Of a stretch of 47,930 nt of DNA, positions 1 to 9,023 are shown piece by piece. The position numbers and the translations under genes are program-made. Positions within the stretch are counted from its first letter, which is position 1. Each line of letters starts with the position of its first letter. This DNA comes from a virus (lineage: Duplodnaviria; Caudoviricetes): positions 1 through 47,930 of IMG/VR virus record IMGVR_UViG_3300049167_000081; one strand, given 5' to 3'. A model generated the notes under the pieces. It was not told the origin of the DNA and made no database searches. It saw only the letters and a program-made list of their open reading frames with translations.

Positions 1-12
1 GGCCGGCGGCGG

Positions 13-186
13 TCATGCGGCGCGGCGCTGGGGTCGACCGGGGACGGCGTAGGCCTGGGCGGATCGGGTGGTGGCCCAGCGGTGGCCGCAGCGGCAGATG
101 TAGCCGTGGGCGATCTGGTCGCCGCGTCGGCGCTCTTTCGCGGGCGGTATGCCGGGGGCGAGGCAGTTGGGGCAGGTGTCCGTCAC
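13..186 (-). CDS. small Zn-ribbon-like hypothetical protein
   Basis: GTG start overlapping the upstream stop (GTGA); CPNC...CRCGHRW motif. Confidence 0.6.
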   Translation of the reverse strand: MTDTCPNCLAPGIPPAKERRRGDQIAHGYICRCGHRWATTRSAQAYAVPGRPQRRAA

Positions 187-419
187 GGGGTTCTCCCGTC
201 TCGGCAGTCGGCGCACGGTTCGGGTGTCGGCCCGGACGGGGCGGTGCCGCAAGGCCAGGCCCCGGGGCGGCGGATGTGGAAGCAGGGCTTCTCGGGTTCC
301 GGCTGGGGCCGCTGCTTGGGGACCTTCGGGGTGATGCCTGCGGCGAGGAGGAGCAGGTTCTTCAGGTCGCCTTGGTCGCGGGCGGCGGTGATGTCCTCGT
401 CGGACGGCTCCCAGCTCAT
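183..419 (-). CDS. hypothetical phage protein
   Basis: 78 aa ORF coupled to dnaB by ATGA overlap. Confidence 0.65.
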   Translation of the reverse strand: MSWEPSDEDITAARDQGDLKNLLLLAAGITPKVPKQRPQPEPEKPCFHIRRPGAWPCGTAPSGPTPEPCADCRDGRTP

Positions 420-1789
420 GTCTGGGCCATGTCGACAAAGCGGGCGTAGTGGCCCTGGAAGGCGGTGGTGATCGTGGCTGTCGGGCCGCCGCGGTGCTTG
501 CCGACGATCAGGTCGGCCTCGCCGGCGCGAGGCGATTCCTTCTCGTAGGCGTCCTCGCGGTGGAGCAGGATGACGATGTCGGCGTCCTGCTCGATCGCCC
601 CCGACTCGCGGAGGTCCGAGACCATGGGCTTCTTCTCGGTGCGCTGCTCGGGTCCACGGTTGAGCTGGGCCAGGACCACGACCGTGATCTGGAACTCCTT
701 GGCGAGGAGCTTCAACTGCCGGGACATCTCGGAGACGGCGACCTGGCGGGACTCGGCACGCGGCGCCTGCATCAGCTGCAGGTAGTCGACGACGACGAGC
801 CGCAGACCGGCGGTGCGGACGAGGTTGCGAACCCGGGCACGCAGCACGGGCATGGACAGGTGCGCGTTGTCGCTGATGTGCAGCGGCGCAGGGGCGATCT
901 TCGCCGCGGCACGCGCCATGCGCTGCGGGTCGCGATCGTTGTCGCCGGCGATGCCGAGCTTGATGTGATGGAGGGCGACCGAGGCCTCGGCGGACAGGAT
1001 GCTGTTGGCGAGCTCGTCCTCGCTCATCTCCAGCGATTCGAACAGGGCCGGGATGCCGTTGGTAATGGCGGCGGCGCGGGCGAGACCGAGACCGAACGTG
1101 GTCTTGCCCATCGCCGGACGGGCGCCGACGACAATCATTTGCCCGGGGGCCCAGCCGCCGCAGAGAAGGCTGTCGAGGTCGATGAAGCCGGTCGGGACGC
1201 GGTCGTCGTTCGTGGGCGGGGTGATGGCTCGGGTGAGGGCACCTTCGAGGAGGCCGCCGACGAGGGTGGTCTCGCCTTCGCTGGAGACGCGAACAAGGCC
1301 GTCAACTTCGGTCTGCGCGGCGGCAATGTCCTCGTCCGGGTCGAACGCTGCCGAGTTGCCGCGGGTGATGCTGTTGTGGCCGTGGGCGACGAGCCGGGCG
1401 GCGATGCCCTTGCGGGTGATCCGGTCGGCGAAGTAGCCCTCGCTGCCGGGCTGGGCGTAGTTGTACAGGTCGCGCAGCTGGTGCTCGGTGAGCGGGATGG
1501 TGGGGATGCGGCCCTCGGCACGCCAGGCTTCGAGCTGGCGGGCGACGGGCAGGTACCGGATCTCTCCGGCTTCGAAGCTGGAAGCGAGTTCCTCGACGGC
1601 GTACCAGACCCAGCGGTAGCGGTCGTCGGTGAAGTCGGCGGGGTCGAAGCCCTGCATGGCGAGCTCGTCGACGATCGTGGGCCGGCTCATGGCGGTGGCG
1701 GCAAGGATCTGCTCGGCCTCGATGTCGCAGGGGCGAGTGGGCATGAGGGGCTGCTCGTCGAGCGGGGCGTCCCAGATGTCGGTGCTCAT
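416..1789 (-). CDS. dnaB: replicative DNA helicase DnaB
   Basis: GARPAMGKT Walker A, SLEMS, VVVDYLQLM, AQLNR, DLRESGAIEQDAD, KHRGGPT. Confidence 0.97.
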   Translation of the reverse strand: MSTDIWDAPLDEQPLMPTRPCDIEAEQILAATAMSRPTIVDELAMQGFDPADFTDDRYRWVWYAVEELASSFEAGEIRYLPVARQLEAWRAEGRIPTIPLTEHQLRDLYNYAQPGSEGYFADRITRKGIAARLVAHGHNSITRGNSAAFDPDEDIAAAQTEVDGLVRVSSEGETTLVGGLLEGALTRAITPPTNDDRVPTGFIDLDSLLCGGWAPGQMIVVGARPAMGKTTFGLGLARAAAITNGIPALFESLEMSEDELANSILSAEASVALHHIKLGIAGDNDRDPQRMARAAAKIAPAPLHISDNAHLSMPVLRARVRNLVRTAGLRLVVVDYLQLMQAPRAESRQVAVSEMSRQLKLLAKEFQITVVVLAQLNRGPEQRTEKKPMVSDLRESGAIEQDADIVILLHREDAYEKESPRAGEADLIVGKHRGGPTATITTAFQGHYARFVDMAQT

Positions 1790-2745
1790 GCGGAGATCTC
1801 CTCGTCGCCAAAGAAGAAGGCGCCCTGGGCGAACCGTTCTTTGGCGAGGTCGTGGTAGGCGGGGTTGAGGTCGATGCCGATGTACCGGCGGTCGAGCTGG
1901 CGGGCTGCTGCTCCGGTGGTGCCGGAGCCGGAGAACGGGTCGAGGACGGTGCCGCCAGGTCGGCAGCCGGCCTTGATGCAGCGGAGCGGCAGGTCGATCG
2001 GGAACACCGCGAAGTGGGCGGCCGGGTAGGGCCTCGTCGGGATAGACCAGACGTCGCCCGGGTTGCGGCCGGCCGGGTGCCCGTCGCTCAGTAGTCCGGT
2101 CTGACCACGCCCATGGGCCTTGTCCGTCCCTGACTGGTGGCGCCCCACGGAGCGCGACTTGCCGGGATGGGCGATGGGCTCCCGAATGGGGTCCAGGTCG
2201 AACGCGTACCGCTCGGACTTGGCGAAGAGGAACAGGTGCTCGTGCCTGCTACTGAGCCGGTCGCGCACCGACTCCGGCATGGCGTTCGGCTTGTGCCAGA
2301 TGATCTCGTTGCGCAGGATCCAACCGTCGTCCTGAAGCGCAAACGCGGTGCGCCACGGGATGCCGAGCAGGTTCTTCTTTGGCCGGTCGGCCGGCTTCGA
2401 CGGCATGTTCTGCATGAGCTGAACGCGACGCCCTTGGAGCTGGCTCGTGCCGCCAGGGTCGGTGTGACCGCCTGCGGCTGCGTAGCTGTCGCCGAGGTTG
2501 AGCCACAGGGTGCCGTCGTCGGCGAGCACCCGGCGGGCCTCTGCGAACAAGGTTCGCATCGTCTTGACGTACTCGGCTGGCGACGGCTCAAGCCCGTACT
2601 GCCCTTCGGTGCCGTAGTCGCGCAGGCCGTAGTAGGGCGGGCTGGTGACGATGCAGTCGACCGAGCCGTCAGGCAGGGCACGCAACTGCTCCAGGGAGTC
2701 GCCGAGGAGCAGCGTCACCTGCTCGTCCGAGTAGTACACGCTCAT
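1786..2745 (-). CDS. orphan beta-class N4-C/N6-A DNA methyltransferase
   Basis: TSPPYY catalytic motif before DPFSGSGTT SAM motif; start at MSVYYSD via ATGA overlap. Confidence 0.93.
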   Translation of the reverse strand: MSVYYSDEQVTLLLGDSLEQLRALPDGSVDCIVTSPPYYGLRDYGTEGQYGLEPSPAEYVKTMRTLFAEARRVLADDGTLWLNLGDSYAAAGGHTDPGGTSQLQGRRVQLMQNMPSKPADRPKKNLLGIPWRTAFALQDDGWILRNEIIWHKPNAMPESVRDRLSSRHEHLFLFAKSERYAFDLDPIREPIAHPGKSRSVGRHQSGTDKAHGRGQTGLLSDGHPAGRNPGDVWSIPTRPYPAAHFAVFPIDLPLRCIKAGCRPGGTVLDPFSGSGTTGAAARQLDRRYIGIDLNPAYHDLAKERFAQGAFFFGDEEISA

Positions 2746-3359
2746 GCGACGACACCGCCCCTGCGCCGGTCGGCGCCCTCGAGGTCGACGACGCCAGCAC
2801 GGCACATCTCGGCAAGCCGGGACGTGACCCGCTCACCAACAACCTCATGCAGGTCACTGGGCAGCACGTCGCAGGTGATGAGCACAGGCCGGCGGTTGGT
2901 GTACCGGTCGTCGAAGATCTCGTACAAGCGTTCCTGGGTCCACGACGAGGAGCGGGCCGCGGCCAGGTCGTCGATGAACAGAAGGTCGGCGTGCTGCAGG
3001 GCGCGGACAATCGCCCGCCCAGACGTCTCATGCGCGTCGGGACGGAGGGCGTCGAAGAGGCTGGTCGATCGCCATGCTTCGACAACCGGGGTGCCGCGGT
3101 ACTCCCCCGAGAAGAACCCGTGCACCCACTTCGCGGTGGCCTGCCATGCGGTGTGGGTCTTGCCGACGCCGATCGGGCCGGTGAGGAACAGGCTGCGGCA
3201 GTCGGCCCATCCGGTGGCCCAGTCGAGGGCGCGCCGGTCCAGGTCGATCTGCGGCTGGTAGATGGCGGGGATCTTGGCGGCGAACGAGGCGACGGCGGCG
3301 TCGCGGCGCTCATTGATCCACGAGCGGAAGCCGGTGGGTTCCTCAGAACTGGAGTGCAC
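2742..3359 (-). CDS. DnaC/IstB-like AAA+ helicase loader
   Basis: GPIGVGKT, LLFIDDL, ERVTSRL, GADRR; position between initiator and dnaB. Confidence 0.9.
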   Translation of the reverse strand: MHSSSEEPTGFRSWINERRDAAVASFAAKIPAIYQPQIDLDRRALDWATGWADCRSLFLTGPIGVGKTHTAWQATAKWVHGFFSGEYRGTPVVEAWRSTSLFDALRPDAHETSGRAIVRALQHADLLFIDDLAAARSSSWTQERLYEIFDDRYTNRRPVLITCDVLPSDLHEVVGERVTSRLAEMCRAGVVDLEGADRRRGGVVA

Positions 3360-4224
3360 GCTGCTTCTCCTCTTCGGTCATGTGGCGGGGTGCGGTCGGG
3401 GGCCCGGCGGGCTGCTGTCGGCGCTGCTCGTTTGCGGCCTGCCGGCGAAGGGTGGGGAACTTCTCGCGGAGCTTGGCCGGGGTGAGGATGTGGGCGTTCC
3501 AGAAGTCGCTGGCGTGGGCCCAGTCGATGGCAGCGATGGCCTGGTCCGGGGTGACGCCGTCGATGTCGATGAGCCGCCGCATGTCGGTGCGCCACTTGGC
3601 GGTGATGCGGGGCCGCTTGTCGCCGCCCTTCTCGATCACCGTGGCGAGGTGCTTGCAGACGCGCTCGACGTCGTGTCGGGCCGGCGCGTCCTCGGGCTCC
3701 GCAGGAGTTCGAGAAGTCTTTTCTTCTTCTTCTGTCTCTGTCTCTGTCTCTGGTTCGTTTTTGCTTCGCGCTTGCTTCGCTTTTGCTGAAGCACTTGCTT
3801 CGCGGTTTGCTTCGGCTTCGGAGGCTGCGCGGCGGGACTCGCCGGAGCGCTTGCCGCCGCGCTGACCTGCGGCTGCTCGCTTTGCACGGAGGTCTGCGAC
3901 CTCTGCCGCTGACCGCTGGTGCTCGAGGTAGTCGTGGATGACGTAGGTGTCGGCGCCTGCTTCGGGGCAGTGCGGGCAGTCGTGTTCGCCTTCGTGCCAC
4001 AAGCCGACGCGCACCAAGGCCGAAGCACTTGCTTCGGGTTTGCTTCCGTCGGTCAGGCGGGGCACGAGGCGGCTCGGGATGACGCCATCGGTGAGCTGCC
4101 GGGAGGCGTAGGCGAGACCGCAGATGTACAGCCAGCCGGCTTCGCCGCCCGCTTCGATGATCTTCGGGTGGTCCGGGAGACCGTCGTGCACCTTGACGTA
4201 GGTGCGCTTGTCCTTCTCGGCCAT
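3343..4224 (-). CDS. phage replication initiator / replisome organizer
   Basis: N-terminal HDGLPDHPK helical domain, ETETETEEEEK linker, C-terminal FW..HILTPAKLREKF; upstream of loader. Confidence 0.8.
   Translation of the reverse strand: MAEKDKRTYVKVHDGLPDHPKIIEAGGEAGWLYICGLAYASRQLTDGVIPSRLVPRLTDGSKPEASASALVRVGLWHEGEHDCPHCPEAGADTYVIHDYLEHQRSAAEVADLRAKRAAAGQRGGKRSGESRRAASEAEANREASASAKAKQARSKNEPETETETEEEEKTSRTPAEPEDAPARHDVERVCKHLATVIEKGGDKRPRITAKWRTDMRRLIDIDGVTPDQAIAAIDWAHASDFWNAHILTPAKLREKFPTLRRQAANEQRRQQPAGPPTAPRHMTEEEKQRALQF
3718..3814. repeat. putative replication origin: TTGCTTCG iterons plus pyrimidine/AT-rich tract
   Basis: TTGCTTCG at 3761, 3772, 3795, 3807 (again 4029, variant 4040) next to a TTC/TCTCTG tract inside the initiator gene. 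Confidence 0.6.
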
Positions 4225-4422
4225 GGGGCTTCCTTCTGCGGGGTGTGGATGGGGATCAGGGCGCGTGGAACCAGGCCGTTATGGCGGCCCGTTCGAGCGG
4301 TCTGCCGATCCCTCGGCACGCTTCGACTGTACCTCAGGGTGTATAGGCACAAGCAATACATCAGCAACACGCATCGGGAGGCAGGGGTGCCTAGTCAGTG
4401 AGGGGTCAGCTACTCTGTCGAC

Positions 4423-4623
4423 ATGACGACGAGAGGGACGCCCGGCCGCATGGTCCGCATCGATGACGAGATGTGGGAGGCCTACGGTCAGCTGTGCACC
4501 GAAGAGGGGACGTCGCGCGCTGACGACATGCGCCGGCACGTTCACTCGCGCGTCAACGCCTGGCGGAAGAAGCAGGCCATCCAGCGCCGGCTGGACCGCA
4601 ACGCCGCTGACTCCGAGTCCTGA
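4423..4623 (+). CDS. ribbon-helix-helix (CopG/Arc-like) regulator
   Basis: RMVRIDDEMWEAY...SRADDMRRHV pattern; TACTCT 6 nt before ATG suggests leaderless mRNA. Confidence 0.8.
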   Translation: MTTRGTPGRMVRIDDEMWEAYGQLCTEEGTSRADDMRRHVHSRVNAWRKKQAIQRRLDRNAADSES

Positions 4624-4679
4624 CACGTCCCTCCTCCTTCTCCTCCTTGACCCCGCTGTGCGGGGCCTTTGTCGTGCGC

Positions 4680-4946
4680 TCAGGCGGCGGTGGTGGTGCG
4701 TTGCCGGTGGATGGCCACGCGTTCGCGGGGTGTCGTGCCGCCCCAGACGCCAGCCCGGCGTGCAAGCTCCGTGGTGCCCTCGAGCTCGAGGGCGAGCTCG
4801 AGACACTGCTGTCGGACGGGGCACCAGGCGCAGACGGCCTTGGCTTCTTCCGCGGCAGCCCGGAACTTGCCGCCGTTGCCTTCGGGGAAGAACGGGCCGG
4901 CGCCGACAGTGCGGCAGCGGGCCTGCTCTTCCCATGCGCCGGTCAT
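4680..4946 (-). CDS. WhiB-family Fe-S transcription regulator
   Basis: Four Cys (C...CAWC...C) and GVWGGTTPRER. Confidence 0.92.
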   Translation of the reverse strand: MTGAWEEQARCRTVGAGPFFPEGNGGKFRAAAEEAKAVCAWCPVRQQCLELALELEGTTELARRAGVWGGTTPRERVAIHRQRTTTAA

Positions 4947-5356
4947 GCGGCGACCTCGAGTTCGGCGACGGCGAGTTGCCATTCCCGCTCGCGGAGGCGG
5001 TAGGCCTGGAGGTGTGAGGCGCAGAGTCCGAGTCCGCATTTGGCGCGGCGGCAGTTGGTGTGGCTGCACAGGTCTTCGGGCGGGAGGAGGCCGGCTTCGG
5101 CTTCCCAGTCGCGGATGCGGCGTTCGTAGACGCACAGCTGTACGGAGATGCTTTTACGGGAGACGCCGCTGCGGACGAGGCCGAGGGCGGCTTCGCGGAG
5201 TTCGTCGTGGGTGAGGGGTTCGGCGGGGAGGTCGCCGCGGATGGCTCGTTCGACGGCGATCCAGTCAATGCCGTCGGTGTAGGTGTCGGTGGTGGGCGGG
5301 AGGTAGGTGCCGCGGATGCCGCGTATGCGGGCGGCTCCGATGCGCTGGTAGCTCAC
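4943..5356 (-). CDS. hypothetical HTH protein
   Basis: IDWIAVERAI motif, HTH-like segment, C-terminal Cys/His cluster; coupled GTGA start. Confidence 0.65.
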   Translation of the reverse strand: MSYQRIGAARIRGIRGTYLPPTTDTYTDGIDWIAVERAIRGDLPAEPLTHDELREAALGLVRSGVSRKSISVQLCVYERRIRDWEAEAGLLPPEDLCSHTNCRRAKCGLGLCASHLQAYRLREREWQLAVAELEVAA

Positions 5357-5619
5357 GTGTCCTCCTTCAGGGCGGTCTCGAGGCGGCGGCTTCCGGTGGC
5401 GATGAGTTCGGCGTCGATGCGGAGGTCGCTGTATGGGGATCCGGGCTGGGTGTCGATGCGGGGCGGTGTGAGCCGCCAGGTCCGGTAGGCGGCGATGTCG
5501 CGGAAGAGGCGGGCCCGGCGGCGGGCTCGGCGTTCGGCCAGCCGCCGGAGGATCCAGCGGGCGGCGAGGCCGACGAGGAGCAGGTAGATGGCGGCGAAGA
5601 GGATGTTGACGGCGGTCAT
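5353..5619 (-). CDS. hypothetical membrane protein
   Basis: N-terminal hydrophobic helix then basic stretch; ATGA coupling. Confidence 0.65.
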   Translation of the reverse strand: MTAVNILFAAIYLLLVGLAARWILRRLAERRARRRARLFRDIAAYRTWRLTPPRIDTQPGSPYSDLRIDAELIATGSRRLETALKEDT

Positions 5620-5987
5620 GCGGTCCACCGCCTGACGGGGATCCCGGCCTGCTCGGCAATGCGGGCGGTGTGACTGGCGCCGCGGCTGCCGTCCTTGATG
5701 AAGGCGAGGCAGACGTCGGCGCCCAGGCTGACCATGTGGGCGTTGCGGCGGGGGCCTGCGGCCTTGCCGTGCCAGCGCCACTGCGCCGGGTGGAGTTCCT
5801 CGGTGAGCCCAATGACGCGGTGCTGGCGGACCCAGCGGGAAGCCAGCGCGTCAGCACCGGTGGGACACGCGCCGTGGACGAGGACGGCGGGCACGTTCTC
5901 GAAGCAGGCTGTGGCGAGGGCGGCGTGGATCAGGTCGGTGTCGTCCCAGTTCCGGCTGCCGGTGATGAGGATGCGGTAGGGCTTCAT
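5616..5987 (-). CDS. DUF2493 / YspA-like SLOG protein
   Basis: ILITGSRNW, VHGACPTGAD, GKAAGPRRN, SRGASHT motifs. Confidence 0.88.
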   Translation of the reverse strand: MKPYRILITGSRNWDDTDLIHAALATACFENVPAVLVHGACPTGADALASRWVRQHRVIGLTEELHPAQWRWHGKAAGPRRNAHMVSLGADVCLAFIKDGSRGASHTARIAEQAGIPVRRWTA

Positions 5988-6328
5988 GCGGCGGCCCTCC
6001 GTGCGGTGCGGGTGCCGCGCCAGACCTTGACCCCGGAGTCGTTGTCGCCGGGCCGGTGGCTGTTCGTCCACCCGTAGTGGGTGATCAGGCCCTCGTTGCG
6101 GAGCCGGCTGATCAGGTTTCCCCAGTGCGATCTGCTGTTGGGCGGCTCGGGGAGTTTGTGGGCGTCGGCTATGTCCCACGAGGTGAAGGGCTGGCCGGTG
6201 GCGGCGGCTTTGACGAAGACGGGCCACACTTCGTCGACCCAGGTTTCGTAGTCGTCGACGCGGCGGCGGGCGGCGGGAATCTTGGGTGCGGGTATGGAGC
6301 CGTCGAGGGCGGGCTGCACGGAGGTCAT
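5984..6328 (-). CDS. hypothetical winged-helix-like protein
   Basis: 114 aa ORF in the coupled early operon. Confidence 0.65.
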   Translation of the reverse strand: MTSVQPALDGSIPAPKIPAARRRVDDYETWVDEVWPVFVKAAATGQPFTSWDIADAHKLPEPPNSRSHWGNLISRLRNEGLITHYGWTNSHRPGDNDSGVKVWRGTRTARRAAA

Positions 6329-6362
6329 GGCGTGTCCTCTCGTCGTGGTTTCCTGAGGGGGT

Positions 6363-6395
6363 GGGGCCGCTCCCGATTCGGGCGAGAGCGGCCCC
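6363..6395. terminator. intrinsic hairpin downstream of recT
   Basis: GGGGCCGCTC...GAGCGGCCCC 10-bp inverted repeat. Confidence 0.65.
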
Positions 6396-6406
6396 GAGTG
6401 CTGCGG

Positions 6407-7273
6407 TTACGCGGCGGTGCCGGGCTGGGTGACGTCGGGCCAGCCGCCTTCGGGCTCGAGCTCGCCTTCGACGGGGGTGTCGTCGTCTTCGTCACCGAGG
6501 TCGATGGACTGCTCTGGCGGCAGCGGCGCCACGGCTGGCAGGGGGTTGGGGCTGGCCTCTGCGGTGATCTCCGCCTGGGCGCGAAGCTGCTCGCGCATGT
6601 ACTCGGCGGAGGTGGGCACCCACTTGGCGAGACGCCGGGCGGCCGTCTTCAACCACATGGCTTCCTCGTTCGTGTTCCACGGGGAGTACTCGGAGTTCCG
6701 GCCGTCGGACTTGGCCTTGGCCTCCATGACCTGCTTGCGGTTGAGGACGACGACCTTGCTGGTGGCCCCGTCCTTCATGACGGCGTAGGCGTACACGCCG
6801 ACGAGGTCACCGCGGTCGTCGCCGAACCAGTCGATTTCGTGGACGGGGCGCTCATCGCGGCCGGGCACGTAGCGAAAGGTGTCGCCGTGGCGGACGACTT
6901 CGACGATGACGGAGGACACGGCGCCGGCCCGGTAAATGAGTTCGACGATGCCCTGGTAGCCGACGATCCCCTTGATGATCTTCTGGCCTCGGTGGGCCTT
7001 GCTCTTCCGAGGAGTCAGGTAGAACTGCTCGGTGCCAGGCTCCAGTCCGAGGCGGGCCGCGGTTTTCAGTTCGCGGAGGAAGACGCCGACGTCGTTGCGA
7101 GCGGCGGCCTCGAGGTCGGGGTTGCCGCGAATGGCGCCGACGGCCATGCGGACCCACTGGTCGGCGTTGATGTGGGAGGGCATGAGGGCGACGTACTCGC
7201 TGCGGTACTGCTCGACCTGTGCGGCGGGGCCGGTGTCGCGGACGGCAATGGCGTTGGTGACGGTCTCAGTCAT
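6407..7273 (-). CDS. recT: RecT-family single-strand annealing protein
   Basis: ARLGLEPG, IVGYQGIVELIYRAG, SPW....EAMWLKTAARRLAKWVPTS; start MTETVTN. Confidence 0.93.
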   Translation of the reverse strand: MTETVTNAIAVRDTGPAAQVEQYRSEYVALMPSHINADQWVRMAVGAIRGNPDLEAAARNDVGVFLRELKTAARLGLEPGTEQFYLTPRKSKAHRGQKIIKGIVGYQGIVELIYRAGAVSSVIVEVVRHGDTFRYVPGRDERPVHEIDWFGDDRGDLVGVYAYAVMKDGATSKVVVLNRKQVMEAKAKSDGRNSEYSPWNTNEEAMWLKTAARRLAKWVPTSAEYMREQLRAQAEITAEASPNPLPAVAPLPPEQSIDLGDEDDDTPVEGELEPEGGWPDVTQPGTAA

Positions 7274-8175
7274 GCTGCGGTGCTCCTGTTGCGTGCGGGC
7301 TGGAGTGAGTAGGTCTTGGCGTTGCGGACGGTTCGGGTGGCGACCCGTTCCCCGGCTGCTGTGGCTCGCCGACCGGTGCCGATCTGGTCGAGGACGAGCC
7401 CGGAGGCGTGGCGCTTCTCTTCCTCGGCGGCCTTGAACTCGGCGAGTGCGGTGAAGTAGCGGTCCCGAAGCGCAATGTCGATCTCGATGTCGACGTCTTC
7501 CATGCCGTCCGGGATTTCCTTCACCGCTTGGAAGGTGGCGGTGTGCCCGTCGATCGACGGCGGGAGGCCGGCCTTGAGGGAGTCGATGAACGCCTGGCCG
7601 CGGGCGGTCATCAGGGTGGTGTCGGTGTCGTCGGGTTCGACGATGTACTCGCGGTAGTCCGAGAGGCCGATGAGTACGGCGATCCGGGCGCGGCGGGCAC
7701 CGAGGGCGTGGCAGTACCAGCGGACCTGGGCTTTGTAGTGGATCGGTACCTGGTCGGTGCCTTCCTCGCCCCACTCGAAGTCGTCGTAGGCGGTCTTCGC
7801 TTCGATGACTTCGAGGTCGCCGTCGGCGGTGAAGCCGAGCCGGTCCGGGTTGGCGATCCACCACGAGTGGTCGTTGGCCGCGTAGGTGCCGGACGGGAGG
7901 ACGAGGAGTTCGGGGTGGCGTTCGGCGAACTCGGCGCAGATGGTGGGTTCGTGCTTCTTGCCCCAGTACATTTCCCGGGATTCTTCGACGGGGCCGATGT
8001 TGCCCTGCTTGCGGTGCCAGAGGGAGAAGGCGGATTCGTAGGGGCTGAGGCCGAGTACGGCGGCGATCTCGCTGCCGCCGATTCCGTTTGCGCGGGCGGC
8101 GTGCCACTCAGGGGTACCGGGCTCGAAGGTGCCGAGCAGTCGGCCGGCGGGCGGTACGGGGAGGGTGGTGGTCAC
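7270..8175 (-). CDS. YqaJ / lambda-exonuclease-family recombination nuclease
   Basis: WHAARANGIGGSEIAAVLG, ANPDR, EAKT, YKAQVRWY; adjacent to recT. Confidence 0.93.
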   Translation of the reverse strand: MTTTLPVPPAGRLLGTFEPGTPEWHAARANGIGGSEIAAVLGLSPYESAFSLWHRKQGNIGPVEESREMYWGKKHEPTICAEFAERHPELLVLPSGTYAANDHSWWIANPDRLGFTADGDLEVIEAKTAYDDFEWGEEGTDQVPIHYKAQVRWYCHALGARRARIAVLIGLSDYREYIVEPDDTDTTLMTARGQAFIDSLKAGLPPSIDGHTATFQAVKEIPDGMEDVDIEIDIALRDRYFTALAEFKAAEEEKRHASGLVLDQIGTGRRATAAGERVATRTVRNAKTYSLQPARNRSTAA

Positions 8176-8276
8176 TCCGCACCGTCCTGTTCGTTGAGGC
8201 AGTCTTCGCAGACGGGGCCTTCGGGGCGGCGGACGAACGGGCCGCAGGTGTCGGTGCAGCGGACGCAGGCGATCAC
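8172..8276 (-). CDS. 34 aa Cys-rich microprotein
   Basis: VIACVRCTDTCGPF...CEDC, coupled at both ends. Confidence 0.55.
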   Translation of the reverse strand: MIACVRCTDTCGPFVRRPEGPVCEDCLNEQDGAE

Positions 8277-8503
8277 TAGAACGGCTCCTCGATGTACGTG
8301 GCGCGGCGGCGGGGTGCGAGCGGGAGGCGCCAGGTGCGGAGTTGGTCGAGGCACTGGCATTCGTCCCAGCCGTTGTCGAGGTGGTGGGGCATCCAGCCGC
8401 CGCCGGTGCCCGTGCAGTCGGGGCAGTCCGGGTGGGGTTCGCGGGTGATGTGGAGGGCGCGCTGGAAGACGTCGAGCGTCCAGCGGCCGAAGTGGATGGG
8501 CAC
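8276..8503 (-). CDS. small Zn-finger hypothetical protein
   Basis: CPDCTGTGG...CQC; RBS GGGAG upstream. Confidence 0.65.
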   Translation of the reverse strand: MPIHFGRWTLDVFQRALHITREPHPDCPDCTGTGGGWMPHHLDNGWDECQCLDQLRTWRLPLAPRRRATYIEEPF

Positions 8504-8533
8504 GGTTCTCCCTGGGATGCTGGGTGGTTGGGT

Positions 8534-8572
8534 CGCCGGGCCGGACGGTGTGTGGGCACGTCCGGCCCGGCG
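8534..8572. terminator. intrinsic hairpin
   Basis: perfect 14-bp inverted repeat CGCCGGGCCGGACG...CGTCCGGCCCGGCG. Confidence 0.7.
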
Positions 8573-8576
8573 GGTC

Positions 8577-9023
8577 TCAGGCGGAGGTCTCCCAGCCGCG
8601 GGCGACGTCGAGGGCGCGGCGAAGCGCCGAGACGAGGGGCAGGCGCTGCGCGGCGGGCAGGTGCACGGTGATCTCGGTGTCGTCGCCCAGCGGGGACCAG
8701 TCGTACTCGTCCACGGTCAGGGCCACGGCCCCGTCGGTGGCGTGCGCGAGGGTGAGCCAGTCGTTGAGCGTCGTTTGGTGCGACCAGTCCGTTTCCGTGT
8801 CGAGTGCGGCGATCAGGTCCGGCATGTCGGCGGTGGTGATGCCGAGTTCGGCGGCGGTCGTCTTGTCGGCGGTGGCGCGGATGAGGACTTCGGCCGCACC
8901 CGCGTCGGCGCGGAGGCCGGCGGGAATGACGGTCAGCGTCGCGCCCGACTCGTCGGTGTACTCCCACGGCTGCGGGGTGAGCTCGGCGAGGACAGTGGTC
9001 ATGGCGTGGCGGAAGTCGGTCAT
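8577..9023 (-). CDS. hypothetical protein
   Basis: MTDFRHAM start with GGAGG RBS and ATGA overlap. Confidence 0.7.
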   Translation of the reverse strand: MTDFRHAMTTVLAELTPQPWEYTDESGATLTVIPAGLRADAGAAEVLIRATADKTTAAELGITTADMPDLIAALDTETDWSHQTTLNDWLTLAHATDGAVALTVDEYDWSPLGDDTEITVHLPAAQRLPLVSALRRALDVARGWETSA

